Made by a program: the position numbers and the translations under genes. From contig JAUQPA010000002.1 of assembly GCA_030550615.1 (NCBI GenBank), positions 2,074-66,073 of the forward strand: a stretch of 64,000 bases of DNA, read 5' to 3'. This DNA comes from Thermoproteota archaeon. Lineage in GTDB: Archaea; Thermoproteota; Thermoprotei_A; Sulfolobales; Desulfurococcaceae. Numbering within the stretch: the first letter of the stretch is position 1; the number at the start of each line of letters is the position of its first letter. Shown here one piece after another: positions 18,780-28,172 of the stretch. The notes beneath the pieces were generated by a model. The model saw only the letters and a program-made list of their open reading frames with translations, searched no databases and was not told the origin of the DNA.

Positions 18780-20146
18780 AATATGATGTAGTAGTAATTG
18801 GATCCGGCGTAGGTGGCTACCCCGCTGCATCATATCTCGCCAGCAAAGGATTGAAGGTGGCGGTCGTCGAGGAACACCTAGTTGGGGGAGAATGCACTAA
18901 CTACGGATGTGTACCAAGTAAAGCACTATACCAGTTCGCCGAAGCAGTTAAAACAATAGAAAAAACAGGTGGTTCATCAACATATAATTGGACCAGCTTA
19001 ATTGAATGGGTTAAAAACATTGTGAAAGAATCCCGTGAAGGGATAGAACATGTGTTAGAATCACGAGATGTATCTTTGCATAAGGGTCGTGGAATACTAA
19101 CTGCTCCGAATAAAATAAAAATTAAAGGCGAAGGTGAGTTGCTTGATATTGAAGCAGGCAAAATTCTTCTAGCTACCGGGACAGACCCTGCTGATATCCC
19201 AGTAGCTAGATTTGATGGAGTTGGAATTATAAGTAACAGAGAAGCTTTATACTTGAATGAAAAACCCAGCAAGGTACTAATAATTGGCGGAGGAGTTATT
19301 GGAGTTGAATTAGCAAATACGTATTCCTCACTAGGTGTTGAAACAATCGTAGTGGAGCTACTAGAACACATACTACCATTCACAGACAGAGACGTTGCAC
19401 TAGCTGTTAAAATGCATTTAACGCAGAGAGGTGTTAGAGTACACGAGAAAACAACTGTTAAGAAAATAGAAAAAAGCAATGGTAAATACGTGGTTGAATT
19501 ATCGAATAATGAAAAAATAGAAGTTGATAAAGTTGTAGTGGCCGTAGGACGTAAACCTAGAACAATGGGAATCGGGCTGGAAAATGTTCAAGTAGAGCTT
19601 GATCAAAAGGGGTTTGTTAAAGTAAACAATAAACTGGAAACAAACACACCTGGCATTTACGCTAGTGGAGACGTAGTAGGTGGACCGCTTTTAGCTCACA
19701 AAGCACTACTGGAAAGCATAGCCGCAGCGAGAAATATTGCTGGAGAAGAATCCTTTACCGTTGATTACAAAGCTGTTCCAATAACAATATTTACTGGCCT
19801 GGAGGTAGCTTCTATTGGATACACCGAGAAAGAGTTAGCAAACTCAGGAGTGAAGTACGTTAAATTCAAGGTACCATTATACTTCCTGTCAGCAGTGAAA
19901 ATAAAAGGTGGAAAGAATTCATTTGCAAAAATAATTCTAAGTGAAAACCTGGAGAAAGTCCTCGGAATACACATAGTTGCGCCGAATGCATCGGAAGTAA
20001 TATCCTCGTATATTCCAGTATACCTAGGTAAACTAGGATTAGCTGAAGCCTCTAAGATACCCTACCCGCATCTCACAGTATCCGAGTCCCTGCGGGAATT
20101 CGCAGAGTATATCACCGGGACGCCTGTTCATCTAATGAAAAAATAG
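18776..20146 (+). CDS. lpd: Dihydrolipoamide dehydrogenase (L protein)
   Basis: VVIGSGVGGY FAD site and the redox disulfide GGECTNYGCVPSK. A second Rossmann motif IIGGGVIGVE and SGDV are present. ATGA overlap with gcvPB. Confidence 0.85.
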   Translation: MKYDVVVIGSGVGGYPAASYLASKGLKVAVVEEHLVGGECTNYGCVPSKALYQFAEAVKTIEKTGGSSTYNWTSLIEWVKNIVKESREGIEHVLESRDVSLHKGRGILTAPNKIKIKGEGELLDIEAGKILLATGTDPADIPVARFDGVGIISNREALYLNEKPSKVLIIGGGVIGVELANTYSSLGVETIVVELLEHILPFTDRDVALAVKMHLTQRGVRVHEKTTVKKIEKSNGKYVVELSNNEKIEVDKVVVAVGRKPRTMGIGLENVQVELDQKGFVKVNNKLETNTPGIYASGDVVGGPLLAHKALLESIAAARNIAGEESFTVDYKAVPITIFTGLEVASIGYTEKELANSGVKYVKFKVPLYFLSAVKIKGGKNSFAKIILSENLEKVLGIHIVAPNASEVISSYIPVYLGKLGLAEASKIPYPHLTVSESLREFAEYITGTPVHLMKK

Positions 20147-20197
20147 TTAAACCCCTAAGTCCTATAAGTCAAGTGATTTTTAATCGTGGTGTAATCT

Positions 20198-20851
20198 TTG
20201 AGCTTCATTAACGTAGATAATGAATTACGGTCAAAGTATTGTAGAGAAGGTAATGTTTGTTTTTGGGCAACAGTAGCTTTAATTAATCCCTATGAAACAA
20301 ATAACCTATACGTATTCGACTGCTCTATGTATACCGTTGTCAAGAAAGAGTATGCAGATAAACACGAATCACGCCTGTTACTATCGTTTAAAATTCCTTT
20401 TGAATCAAATGAAATATACTTCGGTAGCAAACTCGACTACCGAATCTTACCCACGAATACCAGTTGTTTGAAAAGCGATATAGAAAACTACATTGAATCC
20501 TTGTTGGCGAACATCAGAACAAGCATTGATCAAACACATGAAAAGTTATCTAAAATGCCGAAGCGAGGGCGTTTCCTAAGATTTCTAGTTCCAATTAGAG
20601 ATGAATCGGAACGAGTAAAAGGAGAATACTACGGATTATTGACTAAGGAAAGCATGATTAGAGAAATGATTAGCATTATTGGATATGAAGGTAGAGTTCT
20701 AAAAGCAAATGTAAGAAACGCCCATATATTAATAAGCGTTGATCCATTGAAACAGGAGTTCCATGGATTACTTCTCAATAAAAATATCAAATTAAATGCA
20801 TATAGAAAACTAATTGATATCCCGTTGTTGCTTAAAACCCTTGGTTACTAA
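20198..20851 (+). CDS. Hypothetical protein (217 aa, no recognisable motif)
   Basis: Long ORF filling an otherwise empty interval, with a TTG start. No TM helix and no motif I recognise. Confidence 0.5.
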   Translation: MSFINVDNELRSKYCREGNVCFWATVALINPYETNNLYVFDCSMYTVVKKEYADKHESRLLLSFKIPFESNEIYFGSKLDYRILPTNTSCLKSDIENYIESLLANIRTSIDQTHEKLSKMPKRGRFLRFLVPIRDESERVKGEYYGLLTKESMIREMISIIGYEGRVLKANVRNAHILISVDPLKQEFHGLLLNKNIKLNAYRKLIDIPLLLKTLGY

Positions 20852-20934
20852 TAAAACTAAGTTTTTACAACACACAGTAATTTTAATAAACGGTTTTTAA
20901 TTAGCAACCTAATAACTTGTATCAGGGGTTTTAA

Positions 20935-21867
20935 TTGAATATCAGAGAGTTAAGTAAAGAAATAGCTTCAATAATTAAAAACGTGAAGCCTTCCGTTGTC
21001 ACGATATCAACTGAAATACCTCATCCGATGATCTTCTTTGGGTACGAACCAGTTAAAGGATACGGCTCAGGCTTCATAATTGCGCCAGGCTATGTTGTTA
21101 CAAATGCACATGTTGTTAAGGGGGCCACGAAGGTCTCAATTATTTTCTCGGATGGATTTATTAGTAGTGCCAAAATAGTTGCCATGGATCCAAGGCGAGA
21201 TCTAGCTTTGCTTAGAACAGAGGAGCATGGTGTACCAATTAAACTAGGTGATTCCAACAAAGTTGAAGTAGGTGAAATAGTTCTCGCGATTGGGTCTCCC
21301 CTAGGTTTACTAGAAAACTCTGTTACAATGGGAGTCATAAGTGCTGTTGGTAGAACATTGACAACCCAAGAGATCGCATTTGAAGACGTCATACAAACAG
21401 ATGCAGCGATAAACCCAGGTAACAGCGGTGGTCCATTGGTGAATCTCGAGGGAGAAGCAATCGGAGTTACGACCGCAATAATACCATTTGCTCAGGGAAT
21501 AGGTTTTGCTATACCAATTAACACGGTCAAAAGATTCATTGAAATGGTTGCGAAATACGGTAGACCTTTAAGAGCCTGGATTGGAGTATACGTTGCACCT
21601 TTGAACCCAACAATGGCGGCTCTTTACAAGATCCCCATCAATGAAGGACTACTTGTTGTTAGAGTAATACCTGGTTCCCCAGCTGATAGGAGAGGAATAA
21701 TCGAGGGAGATATAATTATATCAGCTAACGGTAGAAAAGTTCGTAGAACAAGCGAGTTGAGAGAAGCAATAGAGGAAAGTATTGATAAAGGGTATGTTAT
21801 ATTAGAGATCATGCGAGAACGAAGAATACTTGAACTAGACGTGGAGGTTATCGTGGAAGAAGTATAA
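20935..21867 (+). CDS. HtrA/DegP-like trypsin-fold serine protease with C-terminal PDZ domain
   Basis: Catalytic triad contexts TNAHVV, RDLALL and GNSGGPLVN. PDZ-like VIPGSPADRRGIIEGDIIISANG. Confidence 0.85.
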   Translation: MNIRELSKEIASIIKNVKPSVVTISTEIPHPMIFFGYEPVKGYGSGFIIAPGYVVTNAHVVKGATKVSIIFSDGFISSAKIVAMDPRRDLALLRTEEHGVPIKLGDSNKVEVGEIVLAIGSPLGLLENSVTMGVISAVGRTLTTQEIAFEDVIQTDAAINPGNSGGPLVNLEGEAIGVTTAIIPFAQGIGFAIPINTVKRFIEMVAKYGRPLRAWIGVYVAPLNPTMAALYKIPINEGLLVVRVIPGSPADRRGIIEGDIIISANGRKVRRTSELREAIEESIDKGYVILEIMRERRILELDVEVIVEEV

Positions 21868-22112
21868 TTCGCTCGTCGAACCATGAAGATTCATTAGGCA
21901 AGCAAATATATTTTAAATAAATTTTAATTTTTAGCAAATGCGTTGTTATGTTGTTTTGATCAATACTCGATCAAATGAAAACTTTACCTGTTGATCACAG
22001 GATATCGCATAAACCTCATGTATTTTATGTTTCTCAATTATTTTAATGCATAGTACTCTAGAATAGCTTTTTAATTTCACGTTCTTATTACATAGATTAA
22101 GGTGACGTAACC

Positions 22113-23213
22113 TTGTCGAGAAAACAGGAGTTAATTGAAATGCTAAAGAAGTTAACTGAAGTGCCTGGTCCAAGTGGACGCGAAGAAAGTGTACGTAACA
22201 TAGTAGCAGAGTACCTGAAACCATATGTTGATAAACTCTGGGTGGATTCCTGGGGTAATTTGATTGGGTTAAAGAAAGGTAGAAGTAGCGATGGAAAAAT
22301 CATGATCGCAGCTCACATGGATGAAATTGGCTTATTTGTATCACACATTGAAGATGATGGTTTCATAAGAGTAGTGCCAATTGGCGGAATAATAGAGCGA
22401 ACCCTCATATATCAAAGAGTAGTTCTGAGAACACGTGATGGCAGACTCATACGTGGTGTTGTTGGTTTAAAGCCTCCTCATGTTGCTAAACCAGAGGAGT
22501 TGCAAAAAGTTCCCGAGTTCAAGGAGTTATTCATTGATATTGGAGCTTCATCGAGGGAGGAAGTTGAAAAACTAGGTGTCCGCGTAGGGGATATAATGGT
22601 GTTTGACAGGGAACTCGTCGAGTTAAGTGGCGATAGAGTTACGGGCAAAGCATTCGACGACAGAGTAGGAGTAGTTTCTCTAATAGAAGCATCTAGAATC
22701 ATAGAGAAGCCAAACGTCGACGTTTACCTGGTTGCAACTGTTCAAGAGGAGGTAGGGTTAAAAGGCGCTAGAACATCGGCTTTTGCAATATCCCCCGATG
22801 TGGCGATTGCAATCGATGTTACAATAGCGAGCGATGTCCCTGGTGTAGCGAAATCAGAGTGGTACACTAGATTAGGGAAAGGCCCCGCTATAAAGATAGC
22901 GGATGGTAGGAACGCAACTGGATTAATAGCTCATCCGAGAGTAGTTGATTTATTGATTAACATAGCGGAAAAGCACAGAATACCATATCAATTGGAGATA
23001 ATTTCGGGTGGAACAACTGATGCAAGCATAATTGCTTTGAATAAAGAAGGTGTTCCAGCAGGAACAGTTTCTATTCCCTCGAGGTATATTCATAGTCCGG
23101 TCGAAGTCGTTGACATAAATGATGTATACAACGCTGCTCTACTAGTTGCTAGATTCGCCGAGGAAGTAACAGTAGAGTGGTTGAGAGAACTAAAAGGAGC
23201 AACTTTAAAATAA
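22113..23213 (+). CDS. M42-family (TET/FrvX-type) aminopeptidase
   Basis: AAHMDEIGLFV, GKAFDDRVG and VQEEVGLKGA motifs. 366 aa. Confidence 0.8.
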   Translation: MSRKQELIEMLKKLTEVPGPSGREESVRNIVAEYLKPYVDKLWVDSWGNLIGLKKGRSSDGKIMIAAHMDEIGLFVSHIEDDGFIRVVPIGGIIERTLIYQRVVLRTRDGRLIRGVVGLKPPHVAKPEELQKVPEFKELFIDIGASSREEVEKLGVRVGDIMVFDRELVELSGDRVTGKAFDDRVGVVSLIEASRIIEKPNVDVYLVATVQEEVGLKGARTSAFAISPDVAIAIDVTIASDVPGVAKSEWYTRLGKGPAIKIADGRNATGLIAHPRVVDLLINIAEKHRIPYQLEIISGGTTDASIIALNKEGVPAGTVSIPSRYIHSPVEVVDINDVYNAALLVARFAEEVTVEWLRELKGATLK

Positions 23214-23237
23214 ACTCTTGACTTCATTGGAGGGTTT

Positions 23238-23765
23238 TTAAATGTATTTTAATTCATTATTTTCGATGACTGCACATTTACTTAACTCATGTTCAACAAC
23301 GTAATTTTGCTCTATGATGTGTAAAACCTTGAATCCCCTAGCTACCATGTAGTCGGAGAGTATCTTCCTGTGGCAAAACCAGGGATATTTCTCACTACAC
23401 ATAATGGCCACTTTGTTTCGGTCTGCTATCTCAACGAGCTTGTCGAGGTATGGTTTTACATTACCACACCTAGTTATGTATGTTGCGTATGCTCTAAATC
23501 CCTCGGATTTAAAACAACTGGCGATTCCTACATCTTCGACATCAACGCCAAATTTCCTGTATCCTCCTAGATGAGGTATCCAAATATACTGTATGTTTTT
23601 CCGGCCTAGTTCAGTTCTTAAATTACTACCCGAAAAAACCGGGAATTTAATTGATTTGTTCCATCTCCTGACATCAACAACTATCTCTACTTCGAAATAC
23701 TTGAGAAGCTCGGCGAAGTCTACAATGCTTCTTCCACCATATCCGATCGTGTAGACGACTTTCAT
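23238..23765 (-). CDS. DUF488-family protein
   Basis: VYTIGYGGRS...FAELLKYFEVEIVVDVRR N-terminal pattern plus CSEKYPWFCHR, both typical of DUF488. Confidence 0.6.
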   Translation of the reverse strand: MKVVYTIGYGGRSIVDFAELLKYFEVEIVVDVRRWNKSIKFPVFSGSNLRTELGRKNIQYIWIPHLGGYRKFGVDVEDVGIASCFKSEGFRAYATYITRCGNVKPYLDKLVEIADRNKVAIMCSEKYPWFCHRKILSDYMVARGFKVLHIIEQNYVVEHELSKCAVIENNELKYI

Positions 23766-23822
23766 TGCCTTCTCCTACTTGAAATATTTATATAACTCCA
23801 TAACGTTACCTAAATATACTAT

Positions 23823-24584
23823 GTGATTACTATAACGAGTCAAGGTGTCTCTTTGAACGTAGCTACATCAAGAAGCACTAGGTTAATTGAGGCATATGAT
23901 ATGATGAGGAAAGGAGTTCTATACCTACTAATAGCCGACTTGGTTTTATCAATAATAGTTATTGTCTCAATATCATCTTTGATGATTGTAGGATTCAGGA
24001 CTATTATTGAAAAGGGCCCCGGTAGATTTATTGCTACCCAATTGTTGAAAAACCTCTCGTCTCATCTTGTTCCAATAGATTTACATGTAAGAACTAGCTT
24101 TGTTATCGCAGAACCCAAATTAACCTTCATAGTTTTCTTGTTTATCGGATTCGTGGCTTCTGTTACATTATTCTTCATCGGTCTATGGGGTAAGTTCTTG
24201 CCTGGTCTCAGAATACTGAAGGATGTTGTTCCAGAGATTTCTACTGCTGAATCGTTGATTAGAATAGGTTACTTCTGGGGGTTAATACTTCTATTAGTTA
24301 GTATTCCACTAGTATTTCTAATCATAGGTATACTAACATTTGTTATTTCATTGATTCTAATATTTCTCGGAAATATAGGTTTAATAATATTGTCATTTAA
24401 GCTCAGAGATATTGAAAAAGATGATTTATACCTGGTGTCTGGCGTATTGTTCATTATAGGATTGATTTTTAGATTAATGAATTTATTTGCGTGGATAATA
24501 CTATACATATCGCTGGGAAAAAGCATTGAGAAACATAAATCGCATCCTAGTCAACCTACATCACTACCATTTCCACCTATTTAA
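23823..24584 (+). CDS. Polytopic membrane protein, function unknown
   Basis: About 5-6 hydrophobic helices and a Pro-rich C-terminal tail (HPSQPTSLPFPPI). No catalytic motif. Confidence 0.55.
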   Translation: MITITSQGVSLNVATSRSTRLIEAYDMMRKGVLYLLIADLVLSIIVIVSISSLMIVGFRTIIEKGPGRFIATQLLKNLSSHLVPIDLHVRTSFVIAEPKLTFIVFLFIGFVASVTLFFIGLWGKFLPGLRILKDVVPEISTAESLIRIGYFWGLILLLVSIPLVFLIIGILTFVISLILIFLGNIGLIILSFKLRDIEKDDLYLVSGVLFIIGLIFRLMNLFAWIILYISLGKSIEKHKSHPSQPTSLPFPPI

Positions 24585-24698
24585 CGTACGTAGTAAGTTA
24601 CGTTTTTACTTTCCACCACGAATATTAAAATACAATAGTAATCCCGTTGCTATAATATAGTTCCTGGTTTATTACGGAGATTATGTGAACTACCGCGG

Positions 24699-25706
24699 AT
24701 GGGCAACTATATACCGAGGGTTATACATTATTATATTTTGTTGAAGGGGGTTAATTTGACTAAAGTTACCTTCTTAGTTATTGTACTTTGTTCGTTATTA
24801 TTGTTTAGTGTTGCTTACATCATTTACTTAACTGCATTAATCACGGAAAGAGATAAAACAATACAGGAGTTATCCAAAATAAACTTAGATTACAATAAAT
24901 TGCTCTTAGAGTACTCTCAGCTTAATTATACCTATATACAACTAAAGGACCAATTATCCGATTTATCCAGGAACTATTATGACTTGCTCGATCGGTACGT
25001 TAATTTAACGCATGTAATTGAGAATATTACAAGAACATACCTCGAATACGTATCTCTCACTAGTTCTTTCGCTCGTGTCTTAAACCTAGAAGAAGTAAAT
25101 GCAACTGGTGACTACGTGCGCGCTGCTATCGTGTACGAGTCAAGTCCATGGGATAGCTATAGAAATATGTATGCATGGGTTTCAGCTAGTATAAGATACG
25201 TTGACGATGTCGTAATTCCTGTCCCCATATGCGAGTACGTGAATGGAAAATGCGTTCTCAGATATGTTTACGTTGAGAACTATGTTCAATCCCCAAGTTT
25301 TACTTTAAGCAAAAGACAGGGTGACTGCGAGGATATGACTATACTTTTGTACGCTATGATCAAGTATTACCAATTATGGTATCTTAAAACAGAGTATTTC
25401 ACGTGGATCGCATACATAGAGTTCAGTGATAATACAACTCACACCGCTGTATTCATACCAGCTAGTAATGGCAGATTAACAATCCTAGATCCAGCCGGGA
25501 AATATTTAACAGTAAACGAATACGGTGAAATAACGGCAAATCCAGCACTAGATGAGCTTAAACAATACTCAAATAAATGGATTAACAATGGAGGCGTTAA
25601 ATACATAGAGTTAATCCGAGTAGATGTACTAACGGGAAACTACTATATAGACGCCCGTGGAAGCGTAGAGGAAATTGCCACGTTCATTTTGGAAATAACT
25701 GGCTAG
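24699..25706 (+). CDS. Membrane-anchored coiled-coil protein with a transglutaminase-like cysteine protease domain
   Basis: N-terminal TM (VTFLVIVLCSLLLFSVAYIIYL) and a coiled-coil stretch. Then RQGDCEDMTILLYAMI (Cys) and HTAVFIPASNGRLTILDPAG (His...Asp), matching the TGase-like Cys-His-Asp core. Confidence 0.6.
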   Translation: MGNYIPRVIHYYILLKGVNLTKVTFLVIVLCSLLLFSVAYIIYLTALITERDKTIQELSKINLDYNKLLLEYSQLNYTYIQLKDQLSDLSRNYYDLLDRYVNLTHVIENITRTYLEYVSLTSSFARVLNLEEVNATGDYVRAAIVYESSPWDSYRNMYAWVSASIRYVDDVVIPVPICEYVNGKCVLRYVYVENYVQSPSFTLSKRQGDCEDMTILLYAMIKYYQLWYLKTEYFTWIAYIEFSDNTTHTAVFIPASNGRLTILDPAGKYLTVNEYGEITANPALDELKQYSNKWINNGGVKYIELIRVDVLTGNYYIDARGSVEEIATFILEITG

Positions 25707-25728
25707 GTTAATTAATCCTTGGATAGAA

Positions 25729-26469
25729 CTAACTTGAGATATATTCATACACTAGATCTTCTAGTCTCTGGAATTCATCAGATCTTCTATCTCTTGGCCT
25801 AGGCATATCTATATTTATAATCTTCGAGATTCGAGCAGGTCTAGGTGTAAGAATGACCACGCGATCACTTAGCAACAGAGCTTCATCAACATTGTGTGTG
25901 ACCAGAATGATTGATCTCACAGAAGTTACCCCCATAAGCCATAAATCCATAATCTCCGATCTAAGGCTTTCAGCTGTTAATGAATCTAAGTGAGAAAATG
26001 GTTCATCCAATAGAAGTATCGTGGGCTCTATTGCCAAAGCTCTTGCGATGTTTACTCTTTGCCTCATGCCTCCACTCAATTCATTGGGGTAAAAGTCTTT
26101 GAATTCAAGTAATCCAACTAAATTCAAGTATCTTCTTGCAATTTCTTCGGCTTGATCCTTATTTAATCCATTCGCTCTAAGTGGTAACGCTACATTTTCA
26201 AGAACAGTCATCCATGGTAATAATGTTGGGAATTGAAATACAAAACCTATTTTTATGTTTTTATCATAATAAATTATTTCACCTGAATCGTATTTTTCGA
26301 TACCTGCAATTATTTTCAAAAGGGTGGATTTTCCGCAACCGGATGGACCAATGATTGATGTAAAATCCTCCTGTATGTCGAGCGAAATATTATCCAATAC
26401 TTTGATCTCCTTGTTTTTCTCTCTATATGCTTTAGTGATGTTACGAAGACTCATTAAAATATGCCTCAT
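25729..26469 (-). CDS. ABC transporter ATP-binding protein (NitT/TauT-like)
   Basis: Walker A GPSGCGKST, signature LSGGMRQRVNIARAL, Walker B LLLDEPFSHLD. Confidence 0.85.
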   Translation of the reverse strand: MRHILMSLRNITKAYREKNKEIKVLDNISLDIQEDFTSIIGPSGCGKSTLLKIIAGIEKYDSGEIIYYDKNIKIGFVFQFPTLLPWMTVLENVALPLRANGLNKDQAEEIARRYLNLVGLLEFKDFYPNELSGGMRQRVNIARALAIEPTILLLDEPFSHLDSLTAESLRSEIMDLWLMGVTSVRSIILVTHNVDEALLLSDRVVILTPRPARISKIINIDMPRPRDRRSDEFQRLEDLVYEYISS

Positions 26470-26471
26470 AT

Positions 26472-28022
26472 TTACTCCACCAAGTATCTTCCCTTTAGCT
26501 TCCTAAACAATCGACTCCACAGAGACTTATTTATAACCGCTATTACAAGTGAAAGAATCGTAACTAAGATAATTAACTCACCAACGTTTCCTCTGCTTGA
26601 TGCTTCATTCATAAGTGCTCCTATGCCGCCGAGATTCACACATACGTTATCCGTTGAGAAATATTCTGCTACAATAATTGAATTCCACGCACCACCCCAG
26701 GAGCTTATCATACCAGTTGCTATAGATGGCAACAAAATAGGTATGAATATGTGTCTAATGAAGTATTTTCCTTTAATTCCATATACATCAGCTAGCTCTA
26801 CAACTTCTTTTCTCAAACTCGAGATTCCAAAGAGCATTAGATTGAAGAAGGAATACCAAAGAGATCCCTGGAGAAAAACCACCAAGGACACCATGTAAAC
26901 ACCAAGTGAGCCCATCTTCATCAGTGATGATAATATAGGCCACCATAACACAGCTGGAATCGACGCCAAGATCTCTCCAATAAGAACTATGTACATGAAA
27001 CCATGTTTCTCAGATTTAATTGTGATATAAGAATAGTACGATAAAATTAGCGATAGTAGAAGAGATAAAACTACAACACCTAGAACTCTACTTAGGCTTA
27101 AAATTAAATTAAGCAGTACTTGCGCAGCATTAATTTCAACATTAATACTCCAATAAAGGCTATTCATGTAATTCCATAAAACAATGAAAAAAACAACAAG
27201 AATAGAGAGAACTATCAACAACTCAGTGAGGTTTCTCGGAAACTTCACGCTTATAGTTAATTTCCCAATAGTTCCTCTAAATCTAAACCGTCTGCTGAGA
27301 ATCTCTACTAATACTATTGCATAATCGTAGAGCCTGACAGCAATTTTCTTGAAGTTTTTATACAGTACATTACATGATATAAGCTTAATGATCCCGGTTT
27401 CCTCGAACATGGGATTCCATAGGAAGATGTAGGTAGCTAGTACCGATAATACGAGAACTACTATACCAATATACATTTTCTCGATATCTCCTTTAACAAA
27501 GGAATCTAAGATATATGTCCCGATCCCCAAAACTTTGATCTCTGTTGTTCCTGTAGCTATTATTTCCGATGAGGTTATGAAAAACCAACCACCAGCCCAC
27601 GAAATAATACTATTAGCAACAATGGCTTTAATGGAAGCTGGAATATATATTCTGAAGAAGCTAATCACTGGGTTGAATTTATAGACCTTCATTAGATCGT
27701 AGATCGATGGATCCAGGCTTTTAATAGATGAGTAAACCCCGAAAATCATATTCCAGATCATGCTTGTCGTTATGAGGAAAATTATAGCTAATTCAACCCC
27801 TAATTCACCCGGAACAGCCTGTATTAGGAGTATGAGTGCTATAGGGAAAAAACCCAGTATCGGTATTGACTGGAGAACATCGAGTATAGGTAGCAGAAAT
27901 GATTCTACATATTTATTCCGAGCCATTGCCACGCCTATTATTATAGATAACAGAAGAGAAAGCATGTAAGCAGAAAACATTCTCATCATACTGTAAATTA
28001 AAGCTATGAAAACTTCGATCAA
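26472..28022 (-). CDS. ABC transporter permease, duplicated (two fused permease modules)
   Basis: 516 aa, about twice a NitT/TauT permease, with two TM blocks. It lies 2 nt upstream of the ATPase gene. Resembles the duplicated anion-type permease architecture. Confidence 0.75.
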   Translation of the reverse strand: MIEVFIALIYSMMRMFSAYMLSLLLSIIIGVAMARNKYVESFLLPILDVLQSIPILGFFPIALILLIQAVPGELGVELAIIFLITTSMIWNMIFGVYSSIKSLDPSIYDLMKVYKFNPVISFFRIYIPASIKAIVANSIISWAGGWFFITSSEIIATGTTEIKVLGIGTYILDSFVKGDIEKMYIGIVVLVLSVLATYIFLWNPMFEETGIIKLISCNVLYKNFKKIAVRLYDYAIVLVEILSRRFRFRGTIGKLTISVKFPRNLTELLIVLSILVVFFIVLWNYMNSLYWSINVEINAAQVLLNLILSLSRVLGVVVLSLLLSLILSYYSYITIKSEKHGFMYIVLIGEILASIPAVLWWPILSSLMKMGSLGVYMVSLVVFLQGSLWYSFFNLMLFGISSLRKEVVELADVYGIKGKYFIRHIFIPILLPSIATGMISSWGGAWNSIIVAEYFSTDNVCVNLGGIGALMNEASSRGNVGELIILVTILSLVIAVINKSLWSRLFRKLKGRYLVE

Positions 28023-28172
28023 CCAAGATCACCTCTATACAACTCAGTTGACCACCACCTCGTAATTCATTGGTCCAATCCCTACCAATTTTTTTAATAA
28101 AATTTAAATATAACCCAAATTGGAATTCACTTTAAAAACTATATAAAAACATAAGTAATAATCTCCTATCAG

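Noticed and set aside
18901-19479. Long antisense ORFs inside well-supported genes: 18901-19479 in lpd, 32875-33441 in the DASS transporter, 4716-5183 in nurA, 38436-38882 in the ABC ATPase, 2665-3075 in herA
   Set aside because: Each lies fully within a gene with strong motif support on the other strand. Each has Ser/Thr/Pro/Ile-rich composition without motifs. This is a typical open-antisense-frame artefact of biased codon usage.
21946-22303. Two minus-strand ORFs (92 and 68 aa) spanning the gap upstream of, and the 5' end of, the M42 peptidase gene
   Set aside because: They overlap each other and the well-supported peptidase gene. Their composition is atypical and they have no motifs. They most likely cover promoter DNA; the region also contains the small hairpin TTGATC-n7-GATCAA.
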